A DNA stretch of 38,024 bases from Chiloscyllium plagiosum (GCF_004010195.1 NC_057718.1:65742919-65780942); one strand, 5' to 3'. Positions 1-12,805 are shown, numbered from the stretch's first letter. Numbers and translations: made by a program. Notes: a model not told the origin generated them from the letters alone.

Positions 1-31
1 AATGTAGTAACTCTTTCACAAAGGCAAGATA

Positions 32-145
32 CAGCTGATATTGGAACTCTGAAGTAAAAGTGGAAAATGCTGGAACCTCTCTGGTCTAACAGTGTACATA
101 TAAAGTGAAACAAGTTATTTTAGGCTGATGACCTTTCATTAGAAC
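32..145 (-). mobile_element. Degenerate short Penelope-derived terminal element with decayed HHR core
   Basis: Aligns by eye to 32437-32561 (gatgctggaa..gaaaatgctggaa..tctgg). Minus strand reads ctaatga-a-aggtc-atca-gcct-aaaa, a decayed CUGANGA/stem II/GAAA. Confidence 0.45.
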
Positions 146-698
146 ATTTGTTACTCTTTGAGATGGCTTCTACAGTACTGATATATGACAAAGTATCTTC
201 CATCATGTCTTTTGAATATTTTGTTTTGTAACTGTGTCCAGAATGAGATCCCATTTGTGCATGCATCATCCTTTATTTTACATTGCAAAGATTTGCTGCA
301 TTAAATACAAGGTTGTGAGGGATTTTATCAAAAAGTTGGAGAAAATGTTTCGATTTTGTATTTTTTTAAACGTTTTCTGGAAGAAAGATCACAAAAGAAA
401 CATGAAAAGGAGTACCTATGGGTTTTAGCAATGCTTTTCCAATCAGAGGAAGGTAGGGTCAGGCAGTAGCTCAGCAGACAGAGGGAGGCTCAAGCCCCTG
501 AAAGAATGAGAGAGAGCACAGCAGCTGTCTCTCCAGAGTTGGGTGGGAAAACTAAAGTTAAAGCTACAGTACCAAAGAAATCTGCAGATGAAAGGGACTA
601 TAGACTCTCACATAAGACGTTTGGAAGCAATCGTCCTACACATCAAAAGGAAAAAGCAAGTAGCTGAAAGAAGTTCCATGTACTAAGAATGATGCCAG

Positions 699-842
699 TA
701 GATTAGATTAGATTACTGACAGTGTGGAAACAGGCCCTTCGGCCCAACAAGTCCACACTGCCCCGCCGAAGCGCAACCCACCCATACCCCTACATCTACC
801 CCTTACCTAACACTACGGGCAATTTAGCATGGCCAATTCACC
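699..842 (-). mobile_element. 5'-truncated HE1-type (V-SINE) SINE
   Basis: Its 738-842 portion is the reverse complement of 1121-1225. CR1-like tail gggcctgtttccacactg...(aatct)n; flanked by ccagtag at 695-701 and 841-847. Confidence 0.85.
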
Positions 843-940
843 AGTAGTAGTAGTAATAGGGGCTGTAGCAGTCGGAGTGAGGGTGGTGTTGAATCAGTCA
901 CCTAAAAAGTCCCTACATTACAGCAGACCTGCATGAAGAC

Positions 941-1240
941 GGCACGGTGGACGGCACGGTGGCACAGTGGTTAGCACTGCTGCCTCACAGCACCAGAGAC
1001 CCGGGTTCAATTCCCACCTCAGGCAACTGACTGTGTGGAGTTTGCACGTTCTCCCCGTGTCTGCGTGGGTTTCCTCCGGGTGCTCCGGTTTCCTCCCACA
1101 GTCCAAAGATGTGCAGGTCAGGTGAATTGGCCATGCTAAATTGCCCGTAGTGTAAGGTAAGGGGTAAATGTAGGGGTATGGGTGAGTTGTGCTTCGGCGG
1201 GTCGGTGTGGACTTGTTGGGCCGAATCTGTAATCTGTAAA
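941..1240 (+). mobile_element. Near full-length HE1-type tRNA-derived V-SINE
   Basis: A box tggcacagtgg, B box gggttcaattcc, V-domain tgtggagtttgcacgttctccccgtgtctgcgtgggtttcctccggg. Duplicated 5' ggcacggtgg; candidate TSD aagac (936-940/1241-1245). Confidence 0.9.
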
Positions 1241-1555
1241 AAGACATGATTGATTTTAAGCACTGAACATCATACCCACAAATGAAGCAGTCACTAGAGC
1301 ACTATATCTAGATTTGGATGCTGATCAGCCGCCCGATTTTGATAGGTCTGTATCCAAAAGTGTTTCTGGTCAAAGTAGACACCACAAACTAGGAGGGAAA
1401 CCAATTCACTTTTAGTGACAAAACCACCAAACACCAAAGAAAGCAACTAAATAGTGCATCCAGATTTGCTTTGAGGAGAGAGGCCTGCTAAGCAATGACC
1501 ATATGGAGAGTGTGAATTTTCTAACAAATTTATTTAAGGAGAAGTACATGTTACA

Positions 1556-1892
1556 AACATAGAATCCCTATAGTGTGGAAACAGGTTATTTCACCCAACA
1601 AACTCACACTGACCCTCTGAAGAGTATCCCACCCAGACTCATTTTCCTACCCTATTACTCGACATTTATTCTCTATTAATGCACCTAACCTACATATCCC
1701 TGAACATTATGGGAAATTTAGCACAGCCAATTCACCTAATCTGCACATCTTTGGATTGTGGGAGGAAACCGTAACACCCAGAGGTAACCCAAGCAGACAC
1801 GAGGAGAATGTGCAAACTTCACACAGTCGTCTGAGACTGGAATTGAACCCAGGTCCCTGGCACAGTGTTAACTACAGAGCCACCATGCCATC
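1556..1892 (-). mobile_element. HE1-type V-SINE, older copy
   Basis: Reverse complement of the tRNA head and V-domain (gagaatgtgcaaact, ggaggaaacc) and of the tail (catagaatccct..gtggaaacagg). Confidence 0.85.
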
Positions 1893-1934
1893 CCACCAAC
1901 TGAGTTACCATGCTGCCCCATATACCACAAGAAA

Positions 1935-2146
1935 AACTGCATGGTCCAATCAGATGATAAGGCTGCTCCCCCCATGAGGGGAGACGACTGGTAGTGATTT
2001 AACCTGAGTGTTACTGCAGCTTACGCAAGGGGAGGGGTTGAGAATCAGAGTCCTTCATGGGAACCTGAGCTTCAATGGGAATTGAACCCACACTATTGGC
2101 ATCATTTTGCATTGCAAACTAGCTATCCAACCAACTAGCTAACTGA
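1935..2146 (-). mobile_element. tRNA-derived SINE, second family
   Basis: Reverse complement homologue of 4386-4592. Confidence 0.7.
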
Positions 2147-2469
2147 GACACAGTGGAAGTTTTGTTAAAGAATTTCTAACCTCCACTTCACAGTTTAGGC
2201 TACAATATTATAAATACAGCAAACACAGCTTTATTATCTATGATTGTATGGCAAGGGGAACACATTTTGGCCTCACATCCACTGGTAATTTGTTTTAAGA
2301 GAGACTGTACAACTTTGAACCATTGTGCCAACATAATGATATCAAATAGATTGTGAAGCCTATGCTACTCAGAGCTTTCACCTGTTTCACCATTTTATTC
2401 TTCAAGAATTGTCATTTGTAAAAATGTTAATTTCTCTGATGTCTGCACAGTATCAACAGATCATATCAG

Positions 2470-4306
2470 ACAGATTGTATCAATAGAAGCTAGACAAGTG
2501 TCCAATGTGACAGTGGGGAAGTGTTTTGGTAATAGTGACCGCAACACAGTCCGATTCAAATTTGTTCTGGACAACAAAAAAGATGGTCTGCAAAAGAGGG
2601 CTTGGCACTGAGGGAAGGCAGATTTTATTAAAATAAAGCAGCAACTGGCCAAAGTAGACTGGGAACAGCTCCTTGTCTATAACTGGAGTAATGGGAGTAT
2701 TCATAAAGGTCCTGGGAGAGTTCAGGTTCAAGAGTACACATATCCTGTCGAGGGAAATGTAGGAGCAATAAGTTCAGAGAGCCCTGGATGAGGAAGAAGA
2801 GTAGGGCTTTTACAAGTAAAAGGGAGCAATTCAGCTGTGGCCCTATAGGAAGTGCAGGAGGGAACTTAAGAAATCATTTAGAAGAGCAAAAAAGGGGACA
2901 TGGAAAATGGCTTACAAACAGGATTTGGGAGAATCCTAAGATATTTTGTAAGTATATAAAAGGGAAAGATGTTAACCAAGGAAAGAGTAGGGTCCGTTAG
3001 GACCAAGGGGGAAGCGGCAGGATATTAGAAGGGTGTTGAATGAATACTTCTCTTTTGTCCTCACAATGGAAAAGGAGAAGATAGATATGGAATTCAGGAA
3101 AAAGGACTGAGGAACTTGTACAGTTTGACATAGAAAATGGAGAATAATTGGAGGCTTATAAACAGACTAATCTCCTGGCCTGGATGAATCACATCCCAGG
3201 CTGCTGTGGGGAGGCGATGCAAGAATTTGCAGGGGCTCTGCCACAGATGTTTAATTCCTCTCTGGCAACAGGGAAACTGCCAGAGGACTGGAGGACAGCT
3301 AATTTGGCTCCATGTTTTAAAGAAAGATGACAGAGATAAACCAGGAAATTTCGGACCAGTGAATCTCGCATCAGTGATAGGGCAACTACTGGAGAAAATT
3401 CTGAAGGAGCAAATTAATACCCATTTGGGAATGCATGGCTTAATTAGGGTTAGTCTGCATGGCTTTGGCCGAGGGATGTCCTGCCTTACAAAGTTTTAGA
3501 ATTTATTTGAAAATATGATCAAGCGTGTGGTTGAGGGAAGTTCAGTTGATGCACTTTATATAGATTTTAGCAAAACTTTTGAGTGGGTCCTACATGGGAG
3601 ACTGATTGAGAAGGTTACAGCACATGGAATTGAGGGAAACTTAACAAGATGGATCAGAAACCGGCTCAGTAACAGGACACAATGGGTAGTGGTAGAAGGC
3701 TGTTTGAGTATATGGAGGTCAGTGTCTCGCAGTGTACCACAGGGATCAGTATTAGGACTATAATTGTTTATTTTATTTATATATAAATTATATAAATGAA
3801 AATGTGTGTGGGGGGGGGAGGGGGGCAACGTTAAGCAAATTTGCAGATGACATGAAGGTTGGCAGAGTGATTAATAGAGAAGAAGATGGTTGTAAATTTC
3901 AGGAAGGTATAGATGGGTTGATCAGATTGGCAGACGGTATTTAACCCTGATAAGTGCAAAGTGATGCACTTTGGAAGAAACAAGATGAGGGAGTATTTAA
4001 TGAAAACAGGACACTCGGTAGCTTAGAGGAACAGAGGGATCTTAGGGTAATTATACACAAGTCCCTGAAGTCAGCAGAGCACTTGAATAGGATAGTTAAG
4101 ATGGCATAGAGGATATTTGGTTTCATCAGTTGTGGCATAGAGTACAAGAACAGAGAGATAATGTTAAAGTTGTACAGAGTGTTGGTCAGGCCACAACTGG
4201 AGTTCTGTGTGCAGTTATGGTCACCTCACTATAGAACGGATGTGATAGCACAAGAGGGGGTACAGAAGAAGCTCATCAAGATGTTCCCGGGGATGCTAGA
4301 ACTTCC
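2470..4306 (+). mobile_element. Degenerate CR1 (HER1-like) LINE ORF2, RT region
   Basis: Frameshifted motifs PEDWRTAN, PGNFGPVNLASVIGQLLE, HGFGRGMSCLT, YIDFSKTF, SVPQGSVLG, FADD. Confidence 0.9.
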
Positions 4307-4385
4307 TGACAAGTAAATCAGAATGGATTCCTTGCAACTGTTGCTCATTGAATACTTGTACTGACCATCATACAACTGCTTCTTT

Positions 4386-4592
4386 GGGGGTCAGTTTAGC
4401 TCAGTTTGCTGGATGGTTTGCGAAGCAGTGTGGGTCCAATTCCCACCCTGGCTAATATTAACATGAAGCACTTGCCTTTTCAACCTCTCTCCCTCACTTG
4501 AAGTATGGTGGCCCTCAGGGTAAATTTCCACCAGTTGTCTCGCTCCAATAAAACAGCAGCCCTATGGTCTGGTAAGACTGTGGTGACTTAAC
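4386..4592 (+). mobile_element. tRNA-derived SINE, second family
   Basis: A box tagctcagtttg, B box gggtccaattcc; homologous to 1935-2146 and 32250-32580. Confidence 0.75.
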
Positions 4593-5294
4593 TTGGCAAC
4601 TGCTGCTTCACAACAACCTCCTTGCATGCTCCTCCTACAAGCCCTTTCATTCACACAAGTTAGCATCTTTAGATCACCAACCTCACCAAATCATTTATTA
4701 CATAAAACCAGAAAAGACGCTCTTCGCATTTTCTTTGAGCAGGTGAGGGAACAACATATTAGACTCCTAGCTCTGAAATTCTGATAAACTATGTACATAT
4801 TTCTCCATTCTCCATATGCCATACCAGTATAACATAGTTGATGAACTCTAAAGGATTGATAGAATGAGTGAGTACATAGATTTACCACATATATAAATCA
4901 GTGCTGGGTACAGATGCCTGGATAGGCAATGCTGGACATTACAAAGTATTTACAAAATAATAACACACCATTCCTCCCAAACTATCTGTACTGGAGGTTA
5001 TGCTCCATATGGTCCTCCTATCCACATCAAGATATCATTCTAACATACTTTTCATTGAGAAGGAAGAATGGAAAAGAGAGTTGTGTGCATAATGTTCATG
5101 TACTTTGCCCTAAACTGTATCTTTACTGTTCACATCAACTACTTCTGAAAGTGAGTTCCACTTTCTAATTCTGTCTGGCTAAAGGTGATTGTTGTGAATT
5201 CACTACAGGATTTATTATTGATTCTCTTTTGTTGATAGCCCCATGTTTGTGGTCTCAAGTGAAAACATAATATTTTCCCTGTTTGAACAAACCT

Positions 5295-6440
5295 TTTCCT
5301 AGAATGGTTACAGCAGAGAAGAAGGCTATTTAGCCTGTCTTGTCTGCCCTGGTTCTTTGAATGAGCAATGCACCTGTGCCAATCCCACGCCATCTTTCTG
5401 CAAATTCTTCCGTGTCAAATAATAATCCAATTTCTTACTGAATGCCTTGTATGAACCTGCCTTCAACACATTTTCAGACAAAAGTGAGGACTGCGGATGC
5501 TGGAAATCAGAGTCTAGATTAGAGTGGTGCTGGAAAAGCACAGCCGGTCAGGCAGCATCCGAGGAACAGGAAAATCGACGGTTCAGGCAAAAATCCTTCA
5601 TCAGGAATGAAGAGTTCACCACATTTTCAGACAATGCAGTCCAAATCTTAACTATCATGGATGAAAAAGTTTCACCTCATGTTTCTGCTGCTTTTTTGGC
5701 CACTTACTTTACACTTGTGCCTTGGCATTTTCGAGCCTTATACCAGTGGGGATAGCTTTTCTCCCATCTACAATATGCAAAGCCTTCATGATATTAAATA
5801 TCTCAATCAAATCTCCCCTTGACCTTCTCTTCCCCAAGATGAACAATCCTAATTTCTCTTTGTAGTTGAAATTCCTCATCCTTGGAAACACTCTCTCTCG
5901 TATTTCACATTATTTCTAAAATGCAGAGCCCATAACTGGACATAACATTCTAGTTAAAGCTGAACCAGTGCATTATACAAATTGAATATAATACCTTTTC
6001 CCATGTACACTGTCTCTATTCATAAAACCTTAAACTATATTCTTTATTAACTGCTCTACCAATCTATCTTGGCACTTTCAATTATTTACACACACATGCA
6101 CCCAAGTCCCTCTGCTCCTTCAGCCCCTTTAGAGTTGCATCTTTTATTTTTTTCTCTCCCGACCAAAATGAAGCGTTTCACACTTTTCTGCATTAAATTT
6201 CATCGGCCCATTCCATCAACTTTTTCTTTGCAGCTGTACACCATCCTTCTCTCAGTTCAGAATGCTTTCAACTTTAATGCTATCTGGAAACGTGGAAATT
6301 GTGCCCTGTATGCTAAGGTTTAAGTCATTAATATGTATCAGAAAGAACAAAGACCCCTGGGAAACTCCATTATAAACCTATTTCAGTCTGAAAAACATCC
6401 ATTAATCATTATTATTTCCTGCCACTCAGCCAATTTTACA
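5295..6440 (-). mobile_element. Degenerate CR1 LINE 3' part, interrupted by a PLE-derived insert
   Basis: Minus-strand peptide MFPRMRNFNYKEKLGLFILGKRRSRGDLIEIFNIMK matches the CR1 ORF2 C-terminus. Confidence 0.8.
5482..5614 (-). mobile_element. Short Penelope-derived element (family A, single arm) with degenerate HHR
   Basis: 20-bp TSD ttca(a/c)cacattttcagacaa at 5462-5481 and 5615-5634. Minus strand ctgatga-a-ggattttgcct-gaac-cgtc. Homologous to the arms of the 16.4 and 18.8 kb palindromes. Confidence 0.85.
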
Positions 6441-6469
6441 TCTATGTTGCTACTGGCCATTATTCTATT

Positions 6470-7490
6470 TATATCATAATCTATCAGGTCACCTTTCAGT
6501 CTTCCCTTTTCTGAAGAAAATCTCTAGCCTGATTATTCCTCCTACTGGATATAACAATGGTTCTGTCTCAGTTTATTAGATCTTTCTGGATTTTCTCCAG
6601 TGCTGCTATATCATTTTCAAAATATGGAGATCAGAATAGTTCACTAACTTCTAAATATAGTCTAACAAAGGTTTAAACGTGTATCGTAACTTGACTATTA
6701 AATGTTATCCCTTTAGAAGGAATACCAGTGTTTTGATTGCTTTTTCCAACTTCATTAGTCCACATCTGTACCTCTGATCCCTCAGTGCTTATAACATATT
6801 TAAATACAAATTCACAAATATACTCATTATTCTTGTAACAGAATGTTTTACATCACCTCATATTTATCTGTATCTATTTATTGAAGCTGCTTTGCTGATT
6901 ATTTGCCATTCCGCAAATTAATTGATATCTTTTGTCCTCCTGTGTTAACTATGGCCAACAATTTGATTTTATCTACAAATTTTACAATTGTATGCTAATT
7001 CCTGAGTCCAAATCATTTTTGTAAATAGAGAGTAACAATGGTTCCAGCACCAATCCTAACTGTTTATTATTTGACAATTAGGAAACACAGTGGTAGTAAA
7101 TAAGTATTGTAGCTGGTTTATTACTAATTCTGCTGCTGCACAACTCCACACATTCTGATAGCATCCATAAATCTGACTAGCAGATCTAGAACTAGGAGGT
7201 GAGATAACTTAAGATTGAGTTAAGAAGATATTTCTTCACTGAATTTCTTCACTGAATATCTTCAGAATTCTCTATTCTAGAGAGTTCAGATACTCTTTGC
7301 CTTCAAGATCAAGATCGACTTTTCAAAATAATGTAAACTAAGAGTTTTTAGGATCAAAGGAGTAGGTGATCTTGAACTGAACATGTTGTGTTTTGTCTTA
7401 TGATCAATGTACCTTTCTGAGACATAGTTAAGATACCATGACTGCTTATACCATGACTGCTCATAGGGCATAAAGGTCTAATATGGAATC
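6470..7490. mobile_element. Highly decayed CR1 fragments (minus ~6470-7060, plus ~7150-7490)
   Basis: Residual CR1 3' motifs (ctatcaggtcacctttcagtc; ttaagaagatatttcttcactga). Small tandem duplications near 7231 and 7433. Confidence 0.5.
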
Positions 7491-8054
7491 TTACTTGGGA
7501 ATCATTTGAAGCATGTCACACTATTGAAAGTGGCTCTGTTGTAACTGATAAACTAGCCTTGACCCAGCCTGAGGAATGCTATGTTGGTATGTTATATGCA
7601 GTTGTATTCCTGCTGGATTCCTTCAACACCATGTGACCCAGGCACTGTTACACCAGGTAAGGATTCCCTGCAGGAGGCAAAACCCACATCTGGAATGTAG
7701 TCTGAAAAGACCCACATGACCTATTCTTGCTCCTAATTCTGCTGTATGGTACCTTTGTAAAGGCTCTTTGTAAATCAAAATATGTTACAGGTTCTGAATT
7801 AGCCTTGGCTACCCTTTCTAGTACTAAAAAAGAATCCTGATCTTAAGAAAACTTGCTGACTGTTATTATTTTTCAGAAATACAATGTTTTTCCCTCACAT
7901 CTTTAAATAATGATTTCATATTTTCCTCTGCCACTGAACCTCTGGTCTACAATTCTTTATTTATTCCATTGCCCTTTAATAAATATAGAAATAACATTAG
8001 CCAACTACTGATACTCAGCACAATCTTCTTTCCTTTTTTTTTAACCAACATTCC

Positions 8055-8180
8055 TTCAATTGCACCTTCCAAATCCACACCACTACCATCCAGAATGTCA
8101 AGCTTAGAACCTACAAGTTCCCCTCCAAACCACTCAGCGTCCTGACTTGGAATTATACTGCCATTCCTTCAGAGTCACTC
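8055..8180 (+). mobile_element. L2-like LINE 3' fragment
   Basis: cactaccatccagaa..caagttcccctccaaaccactcagcgtcctgacttggaa resembles shark L2 3' ends (recalled, not aligned). Confidence 0.45.
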
Positions 8181-8199
8181 CAAGTGTGAGGTAGGGGGC

Positions 8200-9530
8200 T
8201 GCAGGACCCACAGATGAGTGGACCCTTAAAGGGAAATGTTGCACACAACCCCATGCAGTGTTCAGGACACAAAGCTGCAAGAATCCTAATCCTTGACTGG
8301 CCTAGCTCATTTCCCCCATCTTTGCACACAGCCCTAGACATTGCTGACTTACTCATTACACTAATACATTTCAACACAGAGGCCAGGGAAAGGATAGGGA
8401 TTTTAGAGGATGAATGACAATGGTGTCAATTGGACCTGCTTCCACAGGCTGTAGCAGGATCTCAGGACAGACATTAATCCATGGTACATCCTGTATGACA
8501 ATAAGGTTAGGCATCATGCTGACAAAGTTACATTCAGAGTTACACAGAGAGACAAACAACCAAATGTAAGGTCAAACAGTGCAATTTGTAGAAACGTACC
8601 AAATAATACACAGCACTTTGTCACCTGTGCCACCAGCTGTCCTCAATAAGTTTTCTTCTTCATCTCCCTTCCATTATGTCTTAGTGGGCACCTTGGTTCC
8701 ACAGCAGGAGTGCAGTGAGACTGCTCAGCTGTGCAATCTGAAGGTTTGGTTGGGTGACTCCTGGGGCATTTGTATTTGGACAGTCTGACATGTTGGGGGC
8801 CTTCTTTCCGGAGGAATTTGGATCTTTTTTAGTGTGATCTTTCAAGGGTTGAAGGGCATCAGCAGGGTGAAGGTGGAGGGTCTCACCCTTTGTAGTGTGT
8901 TCTGAGCAGAGACCTCCAAGCGGTTCCTCCTCCATATGTGTGCCTCTTGGCACCATCCTGACTCCTTGTAAGGATAGTTCCGAGGGCGCTGTGCATTTGG
9001 TCCTGAGGACCAGTGGCTTGGGCGATGGAATTCAGGTGTGTGGCCCTCTCCAGTAGATTCTGAGAGTGCTGAACCTGGCTCTCCATAACAGCTGCCAACC
9101 AGTCCATGGAGGTCGACACATGACAACATGATTCACTACACTGCTGAAACCTCTGGGCAATAAAAGGCAGTGTGTCCCACATCCCTATCAGTTATTCTTG
9201 CTCTTCCTTCGATATTCAGATGAAGTCCCTGATAGCAGAGGGTCCTCTCCTGCCTGAAGCTGATCAGGTGCATGGTCTCCAGCAGTCCTTTGAGTGCCAG
9301 AGCTTAGGAATTTCTTCCTCAGCCAGCAGTAGAGCTGTCACTGTGAGGTGCTCACCACAATGTACTCTCACACCTTCGAAACCCAAAGTTCCCATTGTGG
9401 TGTCAGTATCTAGGTTAGTGAGGGTTGCAGGAGGGAACCGGCCAATACTTTTTCTGTTACCTCAGTACTCTTGCCTCAGGGATCAAGACTTCTGGAGGAG
9501 TCAGCTCTTTTTTACAGCAGACATGGTAGA
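8200..9530 (-). mobile_element. Possible decayed PIF/Harbinger-type DNA transposon (Myb/SANT accessory-gene remnant)
   Basis: Relatively GC-rich block with minus-strand coiled-coil-like remnant STSMDWLAAVMESQVQ, resembling shark Harbinger accessory genes. No TIRs or DDE motif seen. Confidence 0.35.
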
Positions 9531-9539
9531 CATACTGAT

Positions 9540-10165
9540 GGTTTCCTTTATTGGTCAGAGTATTGAGTATAGGAATTGGGAGATCATGTTGCGGCTGTAC
9601 AGGATATTGGACTTTAGGCATAATGCGTGCAATTCTGGTCTCCTTCCTATCAGAAGGATACTGTGAAACTTGAAAGGGTTCAGAAAAGATTTACAAGGAT
9701 GTTGCCAGGGTTGGAAGATTTGAGCGATAAGGACAGGCTAAATAGGCTGGGTCTGTTTTCCCTGGAACATCGGAGGCTGAGGGGTGACCTTATAGAGATT
9801 TATAAAATCATGAGGGGCATGAATAGGGTAAATAGCCAAGGTCTTTTCCATGATGTGGGGGAATCCAGAACTAGAGGGCACAGGTTTAGGGTGAGAGGGG
9901 AAACATATAAAAGGGACCTAAGGGGCAATACTTTCACACAGAGGGTGATGCATGTATGGAATGAGCAGCCAGAGGAAGTGGTGGAAGCTGGTACAATTGC
10001 AGCATTTAAAAGGCATCTGGATGGTTTAATGAATAGGAAGGGTTTAGAGGGATATGAGCTAACTGCTGGAAATGGGACTAGATTAGGTTAGAATATCTAG
10101 TCGACATGGACGAGTTGGACTGAAGAATCTGTTTCTGTGTTGTACGTCTCTATAACTCAATGACT
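9540..10165 (+). mobile_element. CR1 (HER1-like) LINE 3' end, 5'-truncated
   Basis: ORF 9627-10091 QFWSPSYQKD..LERVQKRFTRMLPGL..RRLRGDLIE..TRGH; 3' UTR ending ctataactcaatgact. Confidence 0.95.
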
Positions 10166-10326
10166 TTCAGAGAATAGAGAGAGATGACATCATGGCAAGT
10201 GGTGAGAAGCAGTCAGCAATGGCTACCCATCAGGTTACTGTGAGGGTTGCAGTGGAATGAAGAGCAGTGCATACTCATTTAATGGGACATGGATGCCTGG
10301 TAACTCCTGACGCCTTCAGGGATTTG

Positions 10327-10640
10327 TGGAGGTCATGGCCTAGTGGTGTTATCACTGATCTGTTAATCCTGGGACTCAAGAAAAGTTCTGGGGACCTGGG
10401 TTTGATTCATGCCATGGCTGATGGTGGAATTGGGAGTTCATTGTCGATTTGTTGAAAAAACCCATCTGGTTCACTAATGTCCTTCAGGGAAGGAAACTGC
10501 CATCTTTACCTGTTCTGACCTACACATGACTGCAGAATCACAGCAAGGTGATTGACTCTTAACTCTGGGCAATTAGGATGGGCAGTAAATGCTGATCTAG
10601 CCAGTGACGCTCATATCCCATGAATGAATATTAAAAAAAG
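10327..10640 (+). mobile_element. tRNA-derived SINE, third family (Deu/SacSINE-like)
   Basis: A box tggcctagtgg, B box gggtttgattc, core aaacccatctggttcactaatgtccttcagggaaggaaactgcc, tail tgaatgaata-a(n). Confidence 0.7.
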
Positions 10641-10644
10641 GGCA

Positions 10645-11430
10645 GGTTAATAAAATAGTAAGAAAGCATGTGGGACATTTGAATTTAGCAACCTTGGCAC
10701 AGATTAAATGTTATATCAGAGCTTTACAGGAGTTTGGTTTGCCCACAGTTAGAGTACTTCATGCAGTATTGGTCACCACAGAGTAGGAAGGATGTGACTG
10801 CACTGGAGGGATGCAGAGGAGATCCACCAGGATTTTGCTTGGAATGGAGCACTTTAACCATGCAGAGAGGCTGGATAAGCACGTGTTTCCTCTTTGGAGT
10901 AGTAAAGGTTGATGGGGAACAGGTTAGAAGTGTATAAGATTATGAGAGGCACAGAGAGGGTGGATAGAAAGCTGCTGTTGCCTTCAATTGAAGAGATAAT
11001 AACAATTTGAGGTGAAAGGCAGGAGGTTTAGAGGGTTTGGAGGAAAATAATTTTCAGCCAGAAGGTGGTGGAGGTCTGGAATGCACTGCCTGGGAGATTG
11101 GTGGGTAACTTCACAACCTTTAAGAAGTATTTGGATGAACACTTGAAGTATCATAGTATTCAAGGTTATGGACCTACAGGTAGTTCTCCTATAATGCAAT
11201 GGTTGCGTTCTTGTGCAATCTTGCATTACAGAAATATCACACTTTAGAGATAGTGTACTGGATTCGTAAATCACATTACAACGAATTTGCGTTAACGAAA
11301 TGTGTTAAAGCAGAACTACCTGTATTGCTGAACAGTGGGACTGCTGCAAACATAGTGTTTTTTTGGCTGTACAGACTTGATGGGTCAAAAGGCCTTTTCT
11401 CTACTGTACAATTTCTAAGATTCTATGAGA
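10645..11430 (+). mobile_element. Degenerate CR1 LINE 3' end, interrupted by a MITE
   Basis: VCPQLEYFMQYWSP, VVEVWNALP, FKKYLDEHL..IQGYGP; tail ttctaagattctatga. Confidence 0.85.
11177..11322. mobile_element. 146-bp Tc1/mariner (Tigger/pogo-like) MITE
   Basis: TIRs caggtagttctcctataa and ttaaagcagaactacctg (16/18 match). TA at 11175-11176 and 11323-11324; removing it restores the CR1 3' end. Confidence 0.85.
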
Positions 11431-12805
11431 TATACCTGGCACTAATCTTACTGTTACATTGTTAAGGGACTATTCTCTGAACCCTCTGGGCTGAAAATCT
11501 TATTTTTTCAGAGATTACTTTGTGTAAATGTCTTCAGTATTAATATACAATTAACAGAGCTCTAAAGAAGCCCAAGCCTGAGGCAGGTCTTGACCTTGTC
11601 TCCTTCTTGACCAGTCTGTTTTGAGCTCAAATCTTACATGTAAGCACAAATCACATGGCAAAATATTCATCTTATTCAGTGCAGAACACAACAGAAATAC
11701 GGTGATGAGGATAGGTTGAATTTTTCTAATAAATTGAATTTGAGCCACATTTTTTGCTTTGATTTCGTTTTGTGTGCACATCATGTTTAGGTGCACAATG
11801 TATTAGCACAGAATATAATTGAAAAATAATGGCACTGAAGGTACATTTAAATCCTCCTGAAGGAGGATTTAACCTTAAAAAGCCTTATAAATTTAATTAT
11901 AAAATTAAAAGTTTTACATTGGCTGAAAGTGAATAAAATAGGAGTTGAAGATGCAGAATATTTTTTCTGACCATGATGAGGCCAAATGCTTTTGATGTAG
12001 ATCTTAACAAATGGGATCTGAAAGAACACAGTTTGATAGAATATGCTGAAATTAATTATGTTTTGTGCACATGTTAAAGCATGATTAAGGATGAAATTGT
12101 ACTGAGAATTATTTTCTGTCACAGGAAGCCGTTCCAAAAGCAGCTCTTTGCAGGTTATGTTCTCAATTTAAAGATAAGTCGTGGTCACTGTTGGCTGAGG
12201 CAGTTACTTAAATATCAACTTTAGAGACGTTTTCATAGGAGGCTGGCAGAATAATTAAACCCAAGCTTCTAAGCAAAGGAAATGGAGTCTCATGGAAAGT
12301 GGCTTATGATGAGGCAGAGGCCATGAAAATGGCAAGAGAAAATAACTGCAAATTGCAAGGCAGCTGCCATGGTAGGCATCAACTAATTAAATGCTTGTAT
12401 TCCCAGTCAAAATGTCATGTCTTGGGAAATTTTGTTGATTCTAGTCAGCACGCAGGTTACATGTAATGCTCCAGGTTGTGATGAAGCTCCAAGTTACAGC
12501 CAAGCTCTTGTGATCTTGAGCTAGTTCAGGAGACTGGAAATGCTCAGATGCAAATATGATAGACATGGAAACAGAAATTTTGAAGTTATCGAGCAGGTAA
12601 ACAGGACATGGAAGATGAGAGTAATGGTGCAGATAAGGGGTTGTGGTGGGTGGGTTAGTGGAGCTAAGTCCACAAAGACATCAACCATGCTCTTATTGAA
12701 TGGCAGAGCAGGCTCAATAGGCCAAAAGGCCTACTTCAGGTCCTATTTCTTAGGTTCTTTTGACTTAATTAGATGGGATGTGAAATTTGAATTTCCTGCA
12801 CGTTA

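Noticed and set aside
941..1020. tRNA gene
   Set aside because: The A/B boxes belong to a SINE head followed by the V-domain; there is no full cloverleaf.
300..1555. LTR-like sequence hosting the two SINEs
   Set aside because: No clear TG..CA termini with a TSD could be fixed.
2148..7095. cacagtg heptamers as Ig/TCR recombination signals
   Set aside because: No nonamer at 12/23 spacing and no V/J segments.
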